Shown here piece after piece: positions 23,865 to 29,001 of a DNA stretch of 29,001 nt. Location of the stretch: positions 1-29,001 of the IMG/VR virus record IMGVR_UViG_3300038318_000072; one strand, given 5' to 3'. The stretch's first letter is position 1; the number at the start of each line of letters is the position of its first letter. The position numbers and the translations under genes were made by a program. Source of the DNA: a virus (lineage: Duplodnaviria; Caudoviricetes). The notes beneath the pieces were generated by a model. The model was not told where the DNA came from, searched no databases, and saw only the letters and a program-made list of their open reading frames with translations.

Positions 23865-26800
23865 ATGGCATGGGGATTTAAAGAATACGCTGAAACACAT
23901 GGAGTAAAATATACCCCGCCACATGAGAAGAAAAAGAAGAAAGAAGAAAAAAACATTACCCCGAATACTACTAGTGTAGCCGACTTTCGTAAGCTAGATG
24001 AAACGAGTGCAAAGGCCGAGATACCTAAGTATACTCCACCCTACATCCCTAAAGAATCAGGGGCGGTTAAACGTTCGCTAGGCTCTTTAGGTATTGGGCT
24101 GCTTGAAGGTGTAGAAAAACTAAGGGATAAATACGCGGCCGATAAACTATTGGAAGAATCTGCGAGTAAAAGAAATACTCCTTTGTTAGATGCAACCGCA
24201 CCAAAGTATACACCGATAATAACTCCTGAGCAATCAAAAGGCTACGAAGAGAAACTCGGGCTAAAAGGCACTTTGGGTGAAAGTATATGGCGCGGTATAG
24301 GGACTGAAACTCCCGCCATAGCCATGTCTTATGGTGGTTTGGGTGCAGTAACTAAGGGCGCACCTGCATTGCAAAAGGCTTTAACCGGTGCTGGCAAATG
24401 GACTGAAACAGGCAGGCGTGGCGTTGCGGCAGGGGCTTTATATACTCCCATAGCTGAGGGGAATCCAGAACTCAAAGACTACTTAGAAAACATGGCTTTA
24501 TTCGGCGTGGGTGACGTTGCTTTTATGGGCGCGGCTCATGGGTTAGGTAAAGGTATTAATAAACTAAAAGGTTTAAAAACAAAGGGTGAGCCTTCGGCGG
24601 ACTTTGACTTTTTAGTGAACGAAGAGGCAACACCCGCAGGGGGACAATTAGTTTTACCAGCAGGGAGGGAGGCGTTAGTCTTACCGGGTAGCCCGGAGTC
24701 ATTGCCATTAACCGAAGGGACTAATTGGCGCACTCCTTCACCGTATGAGACATTCACAGCACTAGAGGGGCAAAAACCGATGGCGTTACCAGCAGGACAC
24801 GAACCGTTGCCATTGCCAGAAGGTTATTACCCGAATTGGGAGACTCCTACACCTTACCAAACATTCTTGGCATTAGAGAAACAAAAGCCGTTGAAGATAG
24901 CACCGGGCGAGCAACCCAAAATGTTAGGTGAAGGTTACTATCCGGATTGGGAGCATGGCAAAGGCTACCCACAAGAAGGCAAATGGTTTGCAGACCCTTA
25001 CGGTAATATAAAAGATACTCCGGGAGCCATAAAAGCATTGCCAGGGGGTACCAATAAAAGAGTAACGGGCAAAAATCTTGATGATAGTTTTGTCCCCCGT
25101 TCAGATATTGGCGATCCGGCCTATCTAGGTGGAGCAGCAAAGCGATACAACGAGATTATAGACGCAGAAGTAATTAGTATGAAGAATGAACTTGGCGGGG
25201 TAGAGACTATAGGCAAAAACCCGTATGAATTGCAACCGGGACAAGAGTTATTTGAAGGTTACGAACGGGTGTCGCTTAATCCTTCGTGGTATCGCGAGTG
25301 GTGGCAAAAACATTATCGTGCGCCACGCGAAGGTGAATGGCGGGACTTAGCTATTAAAAACTTAATGGAAGGCAACCCGGAGACGGGCGAACCTGCCAAT
25401 GAGGAGTTTTTAGCCCTCCTATCGGAGTTATCCAGAGGGCAGGAGTTGCCGGCAGAATGGCATGGACTACAGAAAACCATAAGAGATACCTCTGCTATTG
25501 AAGAACCGGAGTTAAAGCCATTAATCACTGATATGCACGCAGAACAGGCTAAAGTAGAACCTTACGGCCTTACCCGGGATATGGGCAGGCTGAATGAGAT
25601 TGAAAATACTTCTCGCGGCAGAATGGCTGATAAGGCAGACTTCGAGGAGTATGAGGGCGTTAAGTTTAAGCGGGGCGACAATGAATATAAGCAATGGACT
25701 GATGCAAAAAGACAGGCTATTAACGAATCGTGGGAGATACCCTGGAATGACATGGACAAATCTCATGGTGCTGATTTTTCAATAGCTGGTGCCCGAAAGA
25801 TACTAGAAGGGAAAACAGATTATAAACCCTGGGGAGAAGAGATGATCGCAGATTATGGTAATGATATTGCTCCCCGATTACCCGAATTATGGGAAAAGTC
25901 TCATGGACTAGCTAACTATTATAAAAAACAACAGCAATCGGCAATTACCAACCGTACTGGTAGGGATTATGTAGCTAAAGAACAAGAGCCCAGTGGTATA
26001 ATATACGAACAATCAACACCACAAGAAAGGCAGAGATGGCATGACGAATGGGCAGGGAAATCAACAGGGCCAGAACAAGATAGTTTATTCGGAGCAGTCG
26101 GAAGTAATTTACGGCGAAACTCAGGAAGGATATTTGAACCCGAAGGAGTACCCGATAAAGAAGGAGCGCTTACTGGACGGGAAGCAAGCTCCAAATTCAA
26201 GCACAACCTCGCCGAAGAACAACAACAAGATTTAGAGGTTCTTCAAGCAATATCCGAACAGCGCAAAATAGGACCATTCACCATTAATAAGGTTGAACTT
26301 GCACCAGAGGCTATGAAGCGGCCAGATTTCAAGGCAGCAGAAGACATAGCAGAAAAATTAGGATTAAGACTTGTCACCTATAAAAGTAAAGGTGGGGCAA
26401 GGGGGGCGCAGTACGGCAGGACCTTATATATCAACGAAGGCATTACAGACCCAGTGGACTATGTTTTCCTGCATGAGATAGGGCACTCCATAGAAGTTAC
26501 TCACCCGGAACATTATACTCGCCTAATGGATTTGAGTTTTGAACATTTAGCTGATGCGGAAGGAATAGAGCAGCACTATATCAAACAAAACTACAAGACT
26601 GCTGACCGTCCCCATGAATTTGCAGCTGACGTATTTGCGGAGGCTATGAGTACTCCTGGATTCTTTGCTCGTGTAGCTGAGAAGGCCCCAGAGTTGATTA
26701 AACCCTTATTGGAAGCCATGGACCGGCTAATCACCCATGTAAAAAACATGATTAGCGAGGAAGATACCATAGTCCCGTATATGCGTGGATGGGAAACGTT

Positions 26801-29001
26801 GCGACAAAAGATACATAATGAAGTTGCTATGCCATACTTCAAAGACGCTATGGGTGAAAAACAGTTTGTGGATACCTTTGGTAAGCAGTGGCAAGACCCA
26901 GCAGCAAAGACTAAAAGTGGTGCGGTATCAGAAATAGATCCTACTAGTACGCCGGAGTTTAAAAAGTGGTTTGGCGATAGCAAGGTAGTGGATGAGAATG
27001 GCAAGCCATTGGTGGTTTATCATTTATCGCCCAGAGAAAATATAGATGAATTAGCAAATGATTTTGTTGATGGAGAAAGTCCGTTCTCACGCATCGGTAT
27101 ATTTCTTACTCGTGATCGCGATTTTCAATCTGCATATTCGGCACGAGCTGGCTCTGAACCACATGAATTTTATGTTACTGGCAAACTGTACGAAACTCAA
27201 AACGCAACTCGAAAAGATGTAGAACAATTCTTTGAAGAAAGTCCGCAAGGAGAAGAGTTATTAAAAAATAATGGTGTGCGCATTAATGAGGAAGATGGCT
27301 CAATATATTATGACAATGATTATGCAATTGACAAGGTTTTACAAGAATTACGAGACTCTGAATTGTCTGAAATAAATGAAATTGCTGAATCCCCAGAATT
27401 TACCGAATGGTTACAAGAAAAAGGATATGACGGCGTTGATACAGGGGGAAATTTACTCGTTTTCTCCCCTACTCAAATAAAATCCGTCTACAACCGTGGC
27501 ACATGGGACGCAAGCAACCCTGACATTCGCTTTAAGCTAGGCGAGGGTGGTAAGTCTATCGTTGATGATTTAAAAGCCATGATAACTTACGGCGCAGAAC
27601 AACTGCACAAGGGTGGCTATGATCATTTTACCAAACTGATAAAACAACAATTCTCTAAAGAACTTGAAGGCTATAGCCCCGAAGCAGTAGAGAAGCTAAT
27701 AACCAATGTGAGGGCACAAGCTAAACAGTTAAGAGATACCGGGGAGACGCAGATTTCTCTTCAAGGGCAAAAATATCCAGTGAGAAGGGAAATGAGCGGC
27801 AGAGATATTAAGGGAGAACAAACAACAGGGGATATGGGAGATATTGATACTCGCCAGCACGTTGTAAGTAAAACTCAGCGTGAACCTATCATAGCCAAAG
27901 AATTAACCAAAAAGGTTTACACCAAGGCGGTAGACGATCTTTACCATTTAGACGAATTAGACAGGTTTGTAGCAAAAACCACAGGCAAGCATTTGCCAAC
28001 AGAAGACAAGGCTTATTTGCTGGCAATAAACAGTAGAGAAGCCACAGGCGCGGCCAAAGCAATCCTAGAAGAAAACCTGGTAGATGCACAGGGAAATATT
28101 ATCGGACAATCCTTCAAGGAAGTGCTAAATAAAATCCCGCGCGGTAAAGAACAGGATTTTAGAGACTATCTGGTATTAAGGAATTCTATCTCATGGATGG
28201 AGCAGGGTAAAAAGGTATACCCTGAAAAGTGGGAAATGACACCAGAAAAAGCTATGCAAAGATTAGCGGCATACGACCAGCAGACGCCGGAATTAAAACG
28301 AGCGGCAGACGAATATGTTAAATGGCATAGAGATATGGCTCAGGCTTGGCTGGTTGATACCGGGATAATTACCCCGGAGGCATGGCAGGCTTTTTTAAAG
28401 GCACACCCATATTACACACCCTTTCAACGGCAGATGAAAACTATTGAGACTACACCGGGACAGGGTAAAGCAAGGCGGGGATTCGCCAATCAAACTAACC
28501 CTACTAAAAAAGCAGAAGGCTCAGAGCGACCTATCATTGACCCGATAGAAAGCACGATAGAGCAGGTAGACCGCTATATTAAAACAGCTAAACGCAATGA
28601 GGTAATGCAGGCGGTTGTTCGTAACCTAGAAAAAGCACCCGAAGAATTAGAGGCATTTGCAGAAGTAATCCCCGAAAAGGGCCTAGATGCTCTGGATAAC
28701 GTGGATGCTATTCTTGGCAAAGATGGCATTGATGGGGTTATTAATTACCTAGAAGAACCATTCGAGCAGATGATAGCTAGGAAAGGAAAAGCAGAACAGC
28801 CATTAGATAAACCCAATATTGTTAGGGCTTTTGTTAATGGCGAACGGGTACATGTTAAGGTAAACGACCCGGTGTTACTTGACGCCTTAGTTGCTTTGTC
28901 TGATACGGGCAAAAATGCCATAGTGGAATCATTTAGAACTGCTACTAGACTAATGAAGATATTAACTACTGGCGGTAACCCTATATTCGCGGCAAGAAAT
29001 A
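23865..29001 (+). CDS. Large polyvalent (ejection-type) protein, >1700 aa, partial: zincin motif, ART-PolyVal-like domain, region typical of LPD38-bearing proteins
   Basis: ATG 23865 after RBS aagggggg. All spot-translated segments are open, and absence from the ORF track fits no stop before the edge. HEIGH at 26472-86; TPEFKKWFGDSKVVDENGKPLVVYH...GYDGV...VFSPTQIKS..N.GTWDASNPDIRF; IIDPIES; LTTGGNPIFAARN. Confidence 0.85.
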   Translation, partial: MAWGFKEYAETHGVKYTPPHEKKKKKEEKNITPNTTSVADFRKLDETSAKAEIPKYTPPYIPKESGAVKRSLGSLGIGLLEGVEKLRDKYAADKLLEESASKRNTPLLDATAPKYTPIITPEQSKGYEEKLGLKGTLGESIWRGIGTETPAIAMSYGGLGAVTKGAPALQKALTGAGKWTETGRRGVAAGALYTPIAEGNPELKDYLENMALFGVGDVAFMGAAHGLGKGINKLKGLKTKGEPSADFDFLVNEEATPAGGQLVLPAGREALVLPGSPESLPLTEGTNWRTPSPYETFTALEGQKPMALPAGHEPLPLPEGYYPNWETPTPYQTFLALEKQKPLKIAPGEQPKMLGEGYYPDWEHGKGYPQEGKWFADPYGNIKDTPGAIKALPGGTNKRVTGKNLDDSFVPRSDIGDPAYLGGAAKRYNEIIDAEVISMKNELGGVETIGKNPYELQPGQELFEGYERVSLNPSWYREWWQKHYRAPREGEWRDLAIKNLMEGNPETGEPANEEFLALLSELSRGQELPAEWHGLQKTIRDTSAIEEPELKPLITDMHAEQAKVEPYGLTRDMGRLNEIENTSRGRMADKADFEEYEGVKFKRGDNEYKQWTDAKRQAINESWEIPWNDMDKSHGADFSIAGARKILEGKTDYKPWGEEMIADYGNDIAPRLPELWEKSHGLANYYKKQQQSAITNRTGRDYVAKEQEPSGIIYEQSTPQERQRWHDEWAGKSTGPEQDSLFGAVGSNLRRNSGRIFEPEGVPDKEGALTGREASSKFKHNLAEEQQQDLEVLQAISEQRKIGPFTINKVELAPEAMKRPDFKAAEDIAEKLGLRLVTYKSKGGARGAQYGRTLYINEGITDPVDYVFLHEIGHSIEVTHPEHYTRLMDLSFEHLADAEGIEQHYIKQNYKTADRPHEFAADVFAEAMSTPGFFARVAEKAPELIKPLLEAMDRLITHVKNMISEEDTIVPYMRGWETLRQKIHNEVAMPYFKDAMGEKQFVDTFGKQWQDPAAKTKSGAVSEIDPTSTPEFKKWFGDSKVVDENGKPLVVYHLSPRENIDELANDFVDGESPFSRIGIFLTRDRDFQSAYSARAGSEPHEFYVTGKLYETQNATRKDVEQFFEESPQGEELLKNNGVRINEEDGSIYYDNDYAIDKVLQELRDSELSEINEIAESPEFTEWLQEKGYDGVDTGGNLLVFSPTQIKSVYNRGTWDASNPDIRFKLGEGGKSIVDDLKAMITYGAEQLHKGGYDHFTKLIKQQFSKELEGYSPEAVEKLITNVRAQAKQLRDTGETQISLQGQKYPVRREMSGRDIKGEQTTGDMGDIDTRQHVVSKTQREPIIAKELTKKVYTKAVDDLYHLDELDRFVAKTTGKHLPTEDKAYLLAINSREATGAAKAILEENLVDAQGNIIGQSFKEVLNKIPRGKEQDFRDYLVLRNSISWMEQGKKVYPEKWEMTPEKAMQRLAAYDQQTPELKRAADEYVKWHRDMAQAWLVDTGIITPEAWQAFLKAHPYYTPFQRQMKTIETTPGQGKARRGFANQTNPTKKAEGSERPIIDPIESTIEQVDRYIKTAKRNEVMQAVVRNLEKAPEELEAFAEVIPEKGLDALDNVDAILGKDGIDGVINYLEEPFEQMIARKGKAEQPLDKPNIVRAFVNGERVHVKVNDPVLLDALVALSDTGKNAIVESFRTATRLMKILTTGGNPIFAARN
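24690..24955 (+). repeat. 111 nt (37 aa) degenerate coding repeat, ~2.5 copies
   Basis: Trp codons at 24726, 24837 and 24948; LPL.EG...NW.TP.PY.TF.ALE.QKP. Confidence 0.75.

Noticed and set aside
787-28089. Numerous minus-strand and alternate-frame ORFs in the track (e.g. 4545-5093, 7615-8013, 26591-27004)
   Set aside because: They are shadows of well-supported + strand genes and show no recognisable motifs.

Overview
This is the late (packaging and morphogenesis) region of a Bacillota (Clostridia-like) phage or prophage of probable podovirus type, with all credible genes on the + strand. Gene order: end of a DUF4373-like gene, a small moron, TerS, TerL, a P22-like portal, a ~4.6 kb accessory island, scaffold, decoration protein, Mu-gpT-like major capsid, an HNH moron, head-completion and adaptor genes, a tail nozzle apparently split by a fibre module, a receptor-binding protein, two probable ejection proteins, and a >1700 aa polyvalent protein running off the window. 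Five things stand out. (1) The island between portal and scaffold holds a Tad1-like anti-Thoeris sponge, a RyR-domain protein, small Zn-binding and HD-like proteins, two tRNA-like RNAs and other structured spacers. (2) The receptor-binding gene ends in a DGR-type variable region joined directly to an RT C-terminal fragment, suggesting a deleted or 'frozen' DGR. (3) The nozzle gene is split and fused to a fibre-like shaft. (4) The HNH nuclease has its own promoter, a pseudoknotted leader and a beta-clamp motif. (5) The giant protein carries a zincin motif and an atypical ART domain. Family calls come from motif recognition only; no database searches were run.
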